Source: Naegleria gruberi (taxonomy: Eukaryota). From it: 64,000 nt of DNA. This document shows positions 10,725-22,658 of this stretch, one piece after another. The position numbers were made by a program, and so were the translations under genes. The notes under the pieces were generated by a model that worked only from the letters and a program-made list of their open reading frames with translations, was not told the DNA's origin and did not search any database. Position 1 is the stretch's first letter; each line of letters begins with the position of its first letter. The stretch lies in NCBI GenBank assembly GCA_000004985.1, contig GG738919.1, one strand, 5' to 3'.

Positions 10725-12242
10725 TTAATCCAATCCATATTCTATTTTAATACGATTCACTATATCGATAAGTGAACGCAAAGATTTCTTTCTGTCATAA
10801 TTATTCAACAACTTCTTGACATGAGTATCATACATCTTTACAAGAGCCATTTTAACATCCTTATCACTTCCAAAGTATTTTTCCCTAGAAGTTTGGAATG
10901 TTTCGGCTGCAGCAATTGCAGAAATTGTCTCAAAACATCTAATAATTTCATGTTCTCCCATGTGAGAGACGGTCTTTTCGAGGAATTGAATGAGTTTTGG
11001 AAGTAATTTTCTTTCAATGGTCAAGTTTGAAATCTTGGATTCATCTAACTTTTCAATATGGACAAAGAGAGAACGAAGATAATCAATAACCAAGTACTCT
11101 GTTGTTTTGTATACATCATCACCAAGCTTTAACTTGTTATCCAAAAATGTCTTTGTATTCATATTCTTATTAATCAAGTCCAAAGTTTGGTACATGTCAA
11201 GTGTTTGAAGTGATTCTAGGGAATGGAATGAATACATCATCAAGACTGCAAGGTTCATTTCAAATTTGTTCATTTTGTTTGTAAGCTCTGTTTCATCCTT
11301 AATGTCTGAAGTTGTCAAGACTTCTTGCATTGTCTTTTGTCCTCCAGTAATCTTTGCTTGTTCATCCTTAAATTCGTCCAGAATTCTGAGGAGCATATTC
11401 AATTTTCCTTCCTCAACAATAAATCTAATGCAATATTCATCACGATCCCAAAGAGTCTGATCTCCAGAAAAACTTGTTGTTATAGCTTGTTGCTTGTGAT
11501 TTACAGAAGAATGAGTAGATGATGAAATTATTGATGATCCTGAGGTGGATGGACGGCTTGGTGAAGTTGGAGGCTTTTTCTGTGTGTTTGAGAATGTAGA
11601 GCCGTGTAATGTACTGGATCCAAATTGAATATTAGACTTTTTCTTTCTAGGATTATTAATTAGAGAGGCAGTACCTGGTCTTACTGTTGTTGTCTTTGGT
11701 ACTGGCTGTTCTTCATCAATATCATCTAAACTTGTATTGGTGGCTGAGGTAGCTCCTGAAGAAGTGGTTGCTTGAGTGCTGCTGTGGTCATTTCCTTGTT
11801 CATCGTTAACAGCAATAGAGGAGGTTTCCGAGTGTTTATCTTCTTCAATCTTTTTAGATTCATCCTTATTCAATTTAGCAGTGATGGCTTCAAAATTTAA
11901 ATCCTCTCTTTCCATCAATACTACTTTGGTAATCTTTTCTATTAAATCACATGATACAACCCATTCTATATTAAATTGTTATTTGAAATATATTATTGTG
12001 TTATTGATGCGAGAGTGTATATTATTTGACCATCAAATTAAAATTCAATACAACAACAAATTAAAAGAAATATATATAGTCTCAAAATCATTCAAAATCT
12101 TACCTTTCGAAAACAAAGAAGGGTGCTTCATGTCCTTAATTTCCTTACGAACATCCTCTGCAATTTTCTTAGAGACTGCATCCAAAGAATTTGCCTCCGA
12201 GCCGGATTGATAGTGCTTTTGTCTGCGAGCGCCAAAAAACAT
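10725..12242 (-). CDS. Hypothetical protein with S/T-rich low-complexity region, two exons: 12104..12242 and 10725..11920 (intron 11921..12103, GTAAGA...AG)
   Basis: Exon 1 (MFFGARRQKHY...HPSLFSK) ends at a GTAAGA donor. The acceptor AG at 11921-11922 joins it in frame to VLMEREDLNFEAITAKL... No conserved domain recognised. Confidence 0.5.
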
Positions 12243-12859
12243 TTTTTCAAACTTGGTTTTTTTATATATTATTACGACTCCTATCGAGATGGTCTTTTTT
12301 CAAGTTATACCCTTAATTGTTGTCGTTGTGATAGACAAGGAGTCGATAGTTTGTTTTGTTTTTACTATGTATGATCTGTATACAACACTTAGCTATTGTA
12401 TCAAAGTGCTGTTATTGTTGTTGCTTTATTTATAAAATTTTATCGTAACGAGGAATGCAAGGGAAAAGTGCCTTCGCTTCTCTCACTTCAATAAAGTTGT
12501 AAAAAAATTGGCGGCAAAATCAATCTAGAGAAATCGAGACGAAAAGAGGAAGCACCATTTATAGTGGTGTGTTATGGATATTGGGTTTAAATTCAATGTT
12601 TATTATTCATGATGGGGTCAATTGTTTAAATTGTTTGATATTTGAAATAAGTATTGCAACACTCGCCTTCACATTTCCACAGTATTTCAAACATGAAAAG
12701 TCAATTTTAATTTTTAACCATTACTATTATGCAAATTACTTCATTATATAATTTAATTTTATTACTAAAACAGACAAATGATTTATTCTCATAAATATAT
12801 TAATTATTATAATACTTACTTCTCACTTTGAAAAATTGAAAAACAAATTCAAATAATTC

Positions 12860-14296
12860 TTGAAGAAAAAAAAAATGACCAAAAAGAAATCCAAACAATC
12901 ATCCTCCTCAGCATCATCCTCACAACAACAAAAATCCTCCTCCTCATCATCATCTACTACTAATAATTTATCGGAAGACGTTTTTGATGGAGCTATTGGT
13001 ATTGATTTTGGTAATCATAATTGTACCGTAGCTTATTTTAATATGCAACATTTATTATCAGGCTTTCCTAATTTAAATACAACATCAGCCTTGTCATCGA
13101 CTAGTAAAAAACCATCCTATGTTTCTACAGTGATTCAACCTGTTCAAAATTTAAATACACACGTTGTTATTATTCAAAACGAAGATGGTGCTCATCACAC
13201 TCCATCAGTCATTAAAGTTAATACCATTGTTGAAGGAGAAGGTGATAATGAAACAACACGAGAGGAAATTATTGTTGGTTTTCCACCTCTTCCAGGAGCT
13301 TCAATTCCAGCAGATCAAGTTGTTTATGATTTGAAGGAATTTATTTTGGAATCCGAAGAAAAGATCAAGAAGGGAGAAGAAGAAGAATTAATTTCGTTTA
13401 ATGGAGCTGAATACACACAAGACCATATGGTCAGTATCTTGTTGGGAAAGATGAAGAATATTGCTGAACATTATTTGGGGAAGACTGTAAAGAAGGTTGT
13501 CGTCAGTTGTCCATCAAATTCTCCACACAGTGAAAAGGTGATAAAGAAGGCATGTGAAACTCTTGGAATGAATGTTTTGGCTGTTTTGAAAGAACCTTTG
13601 GCTGCATTGATTGGTTATGGTTTTGATTTACCTCCAGCAACAGTGGAAGAAAAGAAGGAAAAGATTGTTTGTGTTGTTGATGTTGGTGCTTTGGAAACAA
13701 ACATTTCAGTTGTTAGAGTGAATGAAAATGGCATGTTACAAATGATTAAGAGTGAATCTAAACGTCCATTGGGAGGTGAATCACTGGATCAAGTTTTAAT
13801 TCAAATGTGTTTACAAGAATTTAAACGTCTCTATTTCAGAAGTATGAATGAAAGAATGTTCCAAGATGAAGTTGGAAAGAATAGAAAGGTTTTAAGCAAG
13901 CTCAGATTTTCATGTGAAAATGCCAAGAATGTTCTTTCAATGAATCAACAAGCTATGGTTGACGTCGATTCACTCTATGATGGTATGGATTTCTCATTCA
14001 AGCTTACACGTGCCAGATATGAAAGTAGTGCCATGTCAATTTTTGCTAGTATTATTGAACATGCCAAACAAACTGTTGAATCATTGGCTGATCAAGGAAT
14101 TTCTCTTTCCTCAATAGAACACGTTGTTTTAGTGGGTGGTTCCTGTCAAATTCCTAAACTCAAAGATTCTATTCAAACTTTATTCTCACAAGCTAAGATT
14201 TATGATAATGCAGTTGAGGATAGTATTGCCATTGGTTGTGCCATTCAAGCCAATTTAATTAATACTTATCAACATTTAATGAATAAGGATGAATAA
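12860..14296 (+). CDS. Hsp70-family (actin-like ATPase) nucleotide-binding-domain protein that lacks a substrate-binding domain
   Basis: AIGIDFGNHNCTVAY matches the phosphate-1 motif IGIDLGTT. VVDVGALETNISVV matches the phosphate-2 motif DLGGGTFD. VLVGGSCQIPKLK matches the adenosine motif LVGGSTRIP. The protein is only 478 aa and ends after the NBD. Confidence 0.65.
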   Translation: MKKKKMTKKKSKQSSSSASSSQQQKSSSSSSSTTNNLSEDVFDGAIGIDFGNHNCTVAYFNMQHLLSGFPNLNTTSALSSTSKKPSYVSTVIQPVQNLNTHVVIIQNEDGAHHTPSVIKVNTIVEGEGDNETTREEIIVGFPPLPGASIPADQVVYDLKEFILESEEKIKKGEEEELISFNGAEYTQDHMVSILLGKMKNIAEHYLGKTVKKVVVSCPSNSPHSEKVIKKACETLGMNVLAVLKEPLAALIGYGFDLPPATVEEKKEKIVCVVDVGALETNISVVRVNENGMLQMIKSESKRPLGGESLDQVLIQMCLQEFKRLYFRSMNERMFQDEVGKNRKVLSKLRFSCENAKNVLSMNQQAMVDVDSLYDGMDFSFKLTRARYESSAMSIFASIIEHAKQTVESLADQGISLSSIEHVVLVGGSCQIPKLKDSIQTLFSQAKIYDNAVEDSIAIGCAIQANLINTYQHLMNKDE

Positions 14297-14590
14297 ATCT
14301 TTGTAGATTTTGATCATGACTGTTTACAATCCCATAGAAAATATTAAATCATTGAACGTTTGATACCACAATTAATTGATAAAGAAACATTACCTTAAAT
14401 AGTGATTAATCTTTTAATTGTTCGTTGATACAGAATGGAAAGTTAAGTTTGTTGCTTTGATTATACCGTGTTCACGTAATGTTCCAGAGTCCTCAAGTTT
14501 ATATTTGGTGAAGCGGAAGGATACAGAACTTGATCAACCAACATAAACAAAGTCCAGCTCTACAAATTATCATTCGAATCCAACAGTCAA

Positions 14591-15733
14591 TTGAAACATT
14601 TCAAAAAAATGAAATCTCGTACTAATATTGCTATCAGTTATTGCATGTTACTACTATGGAGTGTAATCATGATTGACATGTGCATGTCAGCTGTTCCAAA
14701 CATTAAATCTGGACAAATTCAAACTCTTACCAACAGAATTATTGTTGAAGGAACAAACTTTGGATTACCAACTAATCCAATGGCATTTTGGGATGAAGCA
14801 AGTACACTCAAACAAGATTATCCAATGTCAAATACCATTCCACTTGTCAGATGGGGAGAAGTTCATTCCATGGCATTTTCCAACTTGACAACTGTTCCTA
14901 ACAGAAGTGGCAAGAACGATACTGTTTACTATGGGAAGGGTGGACACAGTTGTCTTCTCCAACCAAAATTCAAGACAGGTTTGATTTATGACAAGCTCTA
15001 TATTTCCTGGTGGTATAGAAATAATCAAGATCCATCTTCAGAAGGTGATTCCAACAAATTTATTCGTATCTGGGATGAATACAGTGGCTATGGCACAAGA
15101 ATTTCATGGACACACATGCATTTGACATGTGCCAATGGAACTTATTGGAATTCTTGGACTAAATATGGAAAAATCAATGCATGGAATCATCATGAATTCT
15201 ATGCCGACTTGGCGAATGACAGAGTTATTGCCACATTAAACGGCAAAACAATGTTCAATGTCACTTGTTCAAAAGATTCAGCACAAGCAGGAAGACCAAT
15301 ATTTGTCAGATTGATTGGATTTGATAATGGAAGTGATCATTACAAGAATATGACAACAGCTCTGGATAGTGTTTTCATTGGAAATTCTGCAAAGAGATTG
15401 GTTCTTGCTCATGTGCCAACTTTTGGTCAGATTGAGTTGAGTGAAGTTGTTCCTATTGATGAGTGGAATTCGAATAGAATTGTTGCTAGATGGATTGAAG
15501 GTGTTTTGGATTGGACTAAACCTATTTATGCCTATGTGGTAGATGAGAATGGAAATTTCAATTCACAAGGTTACTTGTTGAGTGTTGTATCTGAAAATGT
15601 AATTTCCAGTAATGATAATGGAGGCATATTGAGAAATTGTACAAATTGTGAATCATCTGGAAACAATATGCAATCATTTGTTTGTTTGAGAACATTTGCC
15701 ATTCTAATGATTATCATCTTCATTTTTCAATAA
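14591..15733 (+). CDS. Hypothetical secreted, probably GPI-anchored, glycoprotein
   Basis: It has an N-terminal signal-like hydrophobic segment (IAISYCMLLLWSVIMIDMC), many N-glycosylation sequons, and a C-terminal hydrophobic tail (FAILMIIIFIFQ) typical of GPI signals. The start may be the second ATG at 14609. Confidence 0.5.
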   Translation: MKHFKKMKSRTNIAISYCMLLLWSVIMIDMCMSAVPNIKSGQIQTLTNRIIVEGTNFGLPTNPMAFWDEASTLKQDYPMSNTIPLVRWGEVHSMAFSNLTTVPNRSGKNDTVYYGKGGHSCLLQPKFKTGLIYDKLYISWWYRNNQDPSSEGDSNKFIRIWDEYSGYGTRISWTHMHLTCANGTYWNSWTKYGKINAWNHHEFYADLANDRVIATLNGKTMFNVTCSKDSAQAGRPIFVRLIGFDNGSDHYKNMTTALDSVFIGNSAKRLVLAHVPTFGQIELSEVVPIDEWNSNRIVARWIEGVLDWTKPIYAYVVDENGNFNSQGYLLSVVSENVISSNDNGGILRNCTNCESSGNNMQSFVCLRTFAILMIIIFIFQ

Positions 15734-15849
15734 ACTTTAAAGTGAACCAAATCTTTACCACAGTTAACACGTTGTGAATGTTGTTGAGTAAAAATAAATA
15801 TTTATGTGGAAATGATTTAATAAATTAGATTGAATGTTTATTTTACAAT

Positions 15850-18764
15850 TTACTTCTTTTCCTTATTACCCTTACCACCACTCTTGTTATAGACCATTGA
15901 AATAACAGAGACTGGGACACCCACATAACTTGTTTCATAAGGGGACCAAGGCCAATATGGATATTGATCAGCCATAGAAGCAGCATAAATAAGGTAACAG
16001 AATTGAGCACTCAAAAACTTGGACAATTCCTTGTGAGGATTGTTAATTTGAACAACGAATTCTTCTCTTGATGGTTCACTTGGAGGCTTCAATCTACCAA
16101 GAATACCTGGCAATGGAACACTAGGTAAGTTAATTCTTGGTAAACCTGGAATGCTCAATCCCGGAATGTTCAATGACAACAAGTTGAAACCTGGCAAATT
16201 GTACTTGCCCAAATAACCAGCAATGGCTTTCAAAATAGCACTGACAAGAACTGGTGGATATGGGTCGAATTGAATATCTGGCATACCTCCAATTTGAGTC
16301 AAGTTTTCAACCAATTCATCAATCTTAGGGAAGGATTGACCATTACCGAGCATCTTGACAGCAGTATTATCAAAATCAGCCTTATTCTTATATGCTTCCA
16401 AAGCACCCTTGAGCAAACCACACATTTCAGAATATGGGAGTGGCTTTGGTTGATCAAAGGAGAGTGTTGGGTTAGTACCAGCTCTTTCCAATGAATAGAC
16501 GGCATAGTTAATATTTCTAATGAGAGAACTGATAGTGAAGGAACTTGGAATGTTCAAATCCATATTGTCAACATTTTGTTCCAAAATTTCACAAATTTGA
16601 CTGAGCAAGGTAATCAACTTCATATTTGGCAAGTTTGGTAAATCGAGTTCAATAGTTTCGGATAAAGTATCGAACATTTCAGCAGCCATTTCCAATTGGT
16701 GAGCAACATTAGCTTCTTGGAGACCACCAACACTAGCAACAGCTTCAACTCTATCCTTATATAAACTTGTGGAAGCAACTCTCAATAAGAATGCAGGAGA
16801 GTTGAACTTTGGTAAGCCTGGAATTTCAACAGTTGGTTCCTTTTCAGATCCAACAGCTTCTTTAAGTGGACCATCAACGAGGAATTTCAAAACCTTGAAA
16901 ACAAACTTCTTGACAGCCTTTGAGATGGCCTTTTCAGTGAAAATTTCCTTTCTAGATGTGATAATGTTAGTATAAATCTTCAAACCATAATTGGACAAAT
17001 CCTTCATAGCATCAGCAGCAGCATTAGCAACTGCACCAGCAACACCTCCACCAACAACACCGCCCAAATCTTCTTTAAGTGGACCATATCTTGTGGAATA
17101 GAGTTTGTCAAATGTATAACGGTGAGCTCTTCTCTTTGTGAGTTCCTTCTTCTTGTAATCATAGGCGAATGTATAGAGAGCCTTGTTAGTAATAACAGCA
17201 AGACGAGCTTGGACTTGACCTCTAAAGTTTGTCTTGTTAATATTGTATCCCTTCAAGACAGTTTCTGGGAACTTGTCACCTTCCTTAAATTCTTGTTGTT
17301 CCTCTTGATTTTCTTCATCTTCTTCATGAACTGGTTCGTCTCCATCATCATCATCTTCCTTCTTATCGTCCTTCTTTTTATCGTCTTTCTTGTCATCCTT
17401 CTTTCCACCCTTCTTCTTACACATGACTTCCTTGTAATAGGTGTTCAAACAAATATCAACTGCTTCAGTATCAGCTTCATCCAAAACTGGGAAGCATTTT
17501 CTCTTTGACAAGTCAAGGATTGGTTTCAAGTTACCGTATCTAATGGCATTGTGAGAACAAATTTCACGAACAGCACGAACACATCTATCCAAAGTATCAC
17601 TATCCAATGATGCATTAGCTTCAAAAGCTTCATCAGCTTCATCTAAAGCACAACCATAACCAACTGCACGTGTAATATCATAACTGTAAATGTATCCCCA
17701 CCATTCTCTATAAACACCTCTCAATTCCAAAGTTCCATTGGTCAACAAGGCATATGAGTGCCAATATCTCTTTTCAACACCATCATCTTCGGCATTGGTA
17801 AAGAGAACCCTCTTGACAGATTGTTTCAATCTATCTTGAGAGACATTAAAATCAGACTTGACCCAACGGAAAGCACGTGGCAATACTTGCAATGAATACC
17901 AACAATCCCAACGACCTGTTGTTCATCAATTAATTTTACCATTGAGTGTGATGATGGAGTAACAATGGTGATCATTGTTAAAATAATTATTGTGTGATGG
18001 TTCAATTTCACACACAAGAAATGGCAAATGTCAAATTGTCATCATCAAGGGGAAAATAATTATTAATTTTAACAAACTAATGATCGTGTAACACACTTAC
18101 CCATATTATTCAATGCTTGATCCATATGACCAGCATTTTGGAAACTTTCCCAATCAAAAACGATATCTACATCAAAGGTTGCGTCACCAACTTCAGTCTT
18201 GATTTCTTCTTTAGTCTTGGCAATTCTAGCTTCCAAAACTCCTTTATAATAAGCAACACTGACACTGAACAAGGCATTCAAAGTTTCCTTGACATAGGAG
18301 AAACTTGGGACACCTGTAGCACCAATACCCAATTGAACTAAAACGTTCAAAGCACCATCTCTCAAATATATTGTTGGTTTAGTTGGATTTTCTGCTTCTT
18401 CAAGTTTTTGTTTGTGTTTTTCTTGTGTTGTTAATTCCTTTCCTACTGGTTTTGGTGGAGGAGGATTGGCAATACATTGAAGTCTGACTTGAGCTAATTG
18501 TCTGGCAATTTCAGAACGAGCATTACCACCGAATTCATCAACCATTGATTGAATAGAATCGACAATTTTACCAAGAACAAGGAAACCATTCCAAGAACAC
18601 AAAACTTCATAGGATAATGGTAAGAAATCTTGTTGAATGTGTTGTTCAAAAGTTGCCCAATCAACTACAATTGAAACGTCAGTTTGGAGAGTTCCTTGCA
18701 GACGTGATTGAAGCTCATATATATTTTGTTGAGCATATTGTTGTACTTCTTCGAGGACTGGCAT
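15850..18764 (-). CDS. Hypothetical large protein (about 910 aa), two exons: 18101..18764 and 15850..17915 (intron 17916..18100, GTAAGT...CAG)
   Basis: Exon 1 ends ...ALNNMG at a GTAAGT donor. The acceptor joins it in frame to GRWDCWYSLQVLPRAFRWVK... The protein has internal repeated motifs (VSIVVDWATFEQ / VDIVFDWESFQN), a KKDDKK/acidic tract and an LPG-rich C-terminal region. Function unknown. Confidence 0.55.
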
Positions 18765-20065
18765 TCTATTTCATCAAAATGTCATCCGGATAATGATCAG
18801 AGATGATAATTAACACACACAAAATATACAGATCAAAGAGTAAATGATTCACCAACATTGAAATAATAACCATTAGAAAGAGAGAGTAAAATCATCAAAA
18901 ACATTAACAAAACGATTCGTCACAAATTATTGGTCCCCTCAAAGTAAAACCCTTTACTACTCACCTGCTGTTGTGTTATCAAAAAAAATTCAACGACGCG
19001 CGCGAAGAGTGAATGAGTTGTTTTTTTTAGGCTAGCAAATTGTTGATTTTCTCTGTGTTTGAGAGAGAACACGCAAAAACAATGCAGCGCTACTTTATGA
19101 AGATGCAAATTCGGTATGGAGAGGTTTTCTATCTTTTCTGTGTCATTGCTGTTGCCAATATCAGCGCCGTTGTGTTGAGCCATTGACTAGAAAGTGAAAG
19201 AGGCAATTACCCACCTGAGGGAATCAAGTGAGCGTGAAACATGGATTGGTGTCAGAAGATGTTACTTCTACTGGTAGCTAGTGGTATGAAATTTTGATGC
19301 AGAGAGATGATGAGGTAATGGAAAATTTTGATTCGTGTGTAGAGGTGGTTGACAATTCATTGTAAAATATTTCCATGGATATTTCCGAGAGGGTTTTTTC
19401 AAGCTGGAGGTTGAAATTCAATAAAATCGGAAAGTTCAGGGTGTGTTCCATTGAATTCCATTGAGGAGACAACACCATCTATTTACCCAACTACAATTAT
19501 TTGTTGATATTATTGCACAAAACTGTTTAACATACCAATCAATTTATTAATATAATATATTGATTTTTTATTTTCAATTTGATTTGGTATATATTCTCTT
19601 TTAAGATTAACTGTAATGTATTGAAATATACGGTGAATATCTTACGATACGGAATTACAGTTTTACAATAAACGTTTGCAAGTGTTTGTTAAAAACAATT
19701 CACAATATTAATTATTTCAGTTAACAGTTCAATATTGACGGGAGGACAATTGTCACTTTGGGAATTGGTTTCAATATAAAAGGAAAGAGAACATTTCGGA
19801 ATGAAACATTTGACCAATATTGTTATTGTAAAGATACATCTTCCTAACCAATCATTTTCAATCTAGCTACTGTAGTCGTCACATACAATTCCCAAAGTGA
19901 TTCAATTTTTATTAATTATTTGAGTTTTCTTTGATTTGTTTTCAGTTTTTAGTAATTTTTTAATAAATCAATTTAAAAAAAATCCAAAAATATGAAACTG
20001 AAGCGCAACCTCTCTTCGCTGGCCAGACCTTAATTTTTAATAGTAATTTCATCATTATAAAGAAT

Positions 20066-22618
20066 ATGAGGATACAAAATATTCAAGACAATCTAATTAG
20101 ATTTGAAGGTGAAGTGATTTCGGGAAAGGAATTGTTTAATAAAATCACCTGGAATATTGCGGAACAATGTAAATTTACGATCAATGATTTACAATTAAAA
20201 GGAGTTGAAATTTTGAAAGCTTCTTATCACTGTAGAGTGTTTAAATGTGTTGGAATACAAGATGATGAAGAATATGTTGTAAAATTTATCAAAAAGGAAC
20301 GTAAAAGATGTTATGAGGATGATGGAATAGAAGAAGGAGATGATTTTGATTCGTACGATTATCATATGGGAGAAATTGAATTGGGAGAAACGATTGGAAA
20401 TCTTTTGGATTCAAGTGTATTGACTTTTGAATGTTCAGTGCCTTTGGATGATCAAGTCTTTATATTAGTTTCAAAATATAGAGGAATTACATTAGCAGAA
20501 TATCGTCATTCCGAAAGGAAATTAATGTTATGTGAAGTGTTACAGATACTGATTCGACTTGTTAATGCTTTAAAATTGATTCATGACAAGCAAATAATCC
20601 ACCACGATATCAAACCAGCTAATATTTTCATTACAGAGATTGCTGTGAGTGATTATTCCCTTCCTGCTCTTTCGGTTGTTTTGGGCGATTTTGGAGCTGC
20701 TTCAATACACAAGACGAATGAAGAATTAGATGAAGACGAAGAATTTAATGAGTGCCAACGAGGAACGACAGGATACTTTCCACCAGAAAATTACTCTTGT
20801 CTAGAAGGAGATATTTGGAGTTTGGGACGATCATTTCTTTTATTGCTATTCCCGAAAAATAGTTTGAATTCTTCTGAAATGGAATCTGATTATTTGGATG
20901 AAATAACAGACACGATTCAAGAAATGTCCATTTACGAAAATTCCACCATTCGAAAGTTAATAGAAATGGGAGATTTGGAAGAGGATTTAAACGGATGGAA
21001 AAAATTCTTTCTAATTCTCAAAGAAATGTTAAATATAGATCCAAATCAAAGGCCATCATGTTCTCAAATACTAACAACAATATTTCCACATGCATCCAAT
21101 ATTTTACAAGGATTGGTTTCATTAGCGAATCAATTTGAGTTTCTAGATCATTCCTTCTCCAAGAATTATAATATTCAACTATTGGCTGCTGTATCAGGCG
21201 TTAGTTATGAATTATTAGACAAATCAAATAGAGATGTAACTGTTCAAAGCCTCAAATACAGTGCCACATATGATAATGCCATTGGCTATTTGAAAAATGG
21301 CCCTTTCAATTCAGATAGAGAAATAGTTTTGAGAGCTGTTAAATTGAATGAAAAGGGTATTTTACATGTGGACGAATCATTGAAAAGTGATAGAGAGTTT
21401 ATTCTACAAGCTGTTTCACAAAAAACGTCGTCTTTTCAATATTTGGATGATGCTTGGATGCGAGATAGAGAAATTTCTTTGATTGCTGTTAGAGAGCATG
21501 GTGCTTTTTTCAAGTTATTAGATGAATCATTGAAGAAAGATAGAGAAATTGTATTGGCTGCTACTAATAGGGATACTAATGCCTTCGAATATATTGATGA
21601 TTCTTTCAAAAGTGACAGAGAATTTATGGTGAATGCAATTAAGAAACATGGTATTGCTTTGGGATTCGTTAGTAAGGAGCTGATTGATAGAGAGTTGGTT
21701 CTCCTCGCCGTTCAACAAAATGGTTATGCACTAGGTAGTGTAGATAGTGCATTCAAATTTAATGAAGATAGAGAAATTGTGATGAAAGCAGTTCAGCAAA
21801 GTGGAGACGCCTTGAGATATGCTGCTCCATTATTAAGGAAAGATAGAGAAATTGTAAAAATTGCTATCTGTCAAGATGGAAAAGCCATTTACCATGTTGA
21901 TGAATCATTGAGGAACGATGAAGAAATCAAAGAGTTGGCTGAAAATTCAAGAAGGAATTTGAAAGTTTCAACAAAGTTTAAGGATACCAATTATTGTGAA
22001 AAACCTTTCACGCTTGTGAATACTCCTATCAGTGCCAATAAGAAGGACAGACATATTGTTCTTCTTGCAGTCGAACAAAACGGACTATCTTTGGAATTTT
22101 CTGATGATATTTTCAAAAGAGATAGAGAAATTGTAATGAAAGCAGTTCAGAAAAATGGTCTTGCACTTGAATTTGCAGACGAAACGTTAAAGAAGGACAG
22201 AGAAATTGTTTTAACTGCCATCAACGAAAATGAAAAAGCATTTGAATATGCAGACGAGTCATTAAAGTGTGATAGAGACTTTATTCTTCAGGCAGTTGAG
22301 TTATGTGGATGGGTGTTTCACTTTCTGGACAAATCCTTCATTACAGATAGAGACATTGTAAAGAAGGCTCTTTTAAACAAGGATATCGTGTGGATGTTCG
22401 AGTTGGCTCTACCGGAATCAATGAAAAACGATAGAGATATTGTAATGTTTGCTGTTTCAGTCAACGGATTCGTATTGGAATATGTAAACGAATCTTTTAA
22501 AAAAGATAGAGAAATAGTATTACTGGCGGTAAAAGAAAATGGAAATGCATTAGAATTTGCAGATGAATCATTGCAAACCGATTTGGAAATTGTTTCAGCT
22601 TGCAGACACCTTAAATAA
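20066..22618 (+). CDS. Protein kinase with a C-terminal array of DUF4116-type repeats (850 aa)
   Basis: The kinase core is VVKFIKK (beta3 Lys), IIHHDIKPANIF (catalytic loop), VLGDFGAAS (DFG) and GTTGYFPPE (APE variant). It is followed by about 12 tandem 38-aa repeats with the pattern DREIVLxAVxxNGxALEFADESLKxDREIV, which is characteristic of DUF4116. Confidence 0.75.
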   Translation: MRIQNIQDNLIRFEGEVISGKELFNKITWNIAEQCKFTINDLQLKGVEILKASYHCRVFKCVGIQDDEEYVVKFIKKERKRCYEDDGIEEGDDFDSYDYHMGEIELGETIGNLLDSSVLTFECSVPLDDQVFILVSKYRGITLAEYRHSERKLMLCEVLQILIRLVNALKLIHDKQIIHHDIKPANIFITEIAVSDYSLPALSVVLGDFGAASIHKTNEELDEDEEFNECQRGTTGYFPPENYSCLEGDIWSLGRSFLLLLFPKNSLNSSEMESDYLDEITDTIQEMSIYENSTIRKLIEMGDLEEDLNGWKKFFLILKEMLNIDPNQRPSCSQILTTIFPHASNILQGLVSLANQFEFLDHSFSKNYNIQLLAAVSGVSYELLDKSNRDVTVQSLKYSATYDNAIGYLKNGPFNSDREIVLRAVKLNEKGILHVDESLKSDREFILQAVSQKTSSFQYLDDAWMRDREISLIAVREHGAFFKLLDESLKKDREIVLAATNRDTNAFEYIDDSFKSDREFMVNAIKKHGIALGFVSKELIDRELVLLAVQQNGYALGSVDSAFKFNEDREIVMKAVQQSGDALRYAAPLLRKDREIVKIAICQDGKAIYHVDESLRNDEEIKELAENSRRNLKVSTKFKDTNYCEKPFTLVNTPISANKKDRHIVLLAVEQNGLSLEFSDDIFKRDREIVMKAVQKNGLALEFADETLKKDREIVLTAINENEKAFEYADESLKCDRDFILQAVELCGWVFHFLDKSFITDRDIVKKALLNKDIVWMFELALPESMKNDRDIVMFAVSVNGFVLEYVNESFKKDREIVLLAVKENGNALEFADESLQTDLEIVSACRHLK
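21200..22600 (+). repeat. Tandem coding repeats, about 114 nt each (DUF4116 repeat units), inside the kinase gene
   Basis: The DREIV...NG.AL.F.D.SLK.DREIV periodicity is visible in the translation. Confidence 0.6.
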
Positions 22619-22658
22619 TTTTGATTATTCTTTGATATCAATTAATTATAAACTATAG

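Noticed and set aside
18990-19290. U snRNA, U6 or 7SL identity for the GC-rich island
   Set aside because: Only loose resemblances were seen: a Sm-like AAUUUUGA, a U-tract, and an ACACGCAAA fragment reminiscent of U6. I could not align any full snRNA or SRP consensus, so no ncRNA feature was called.
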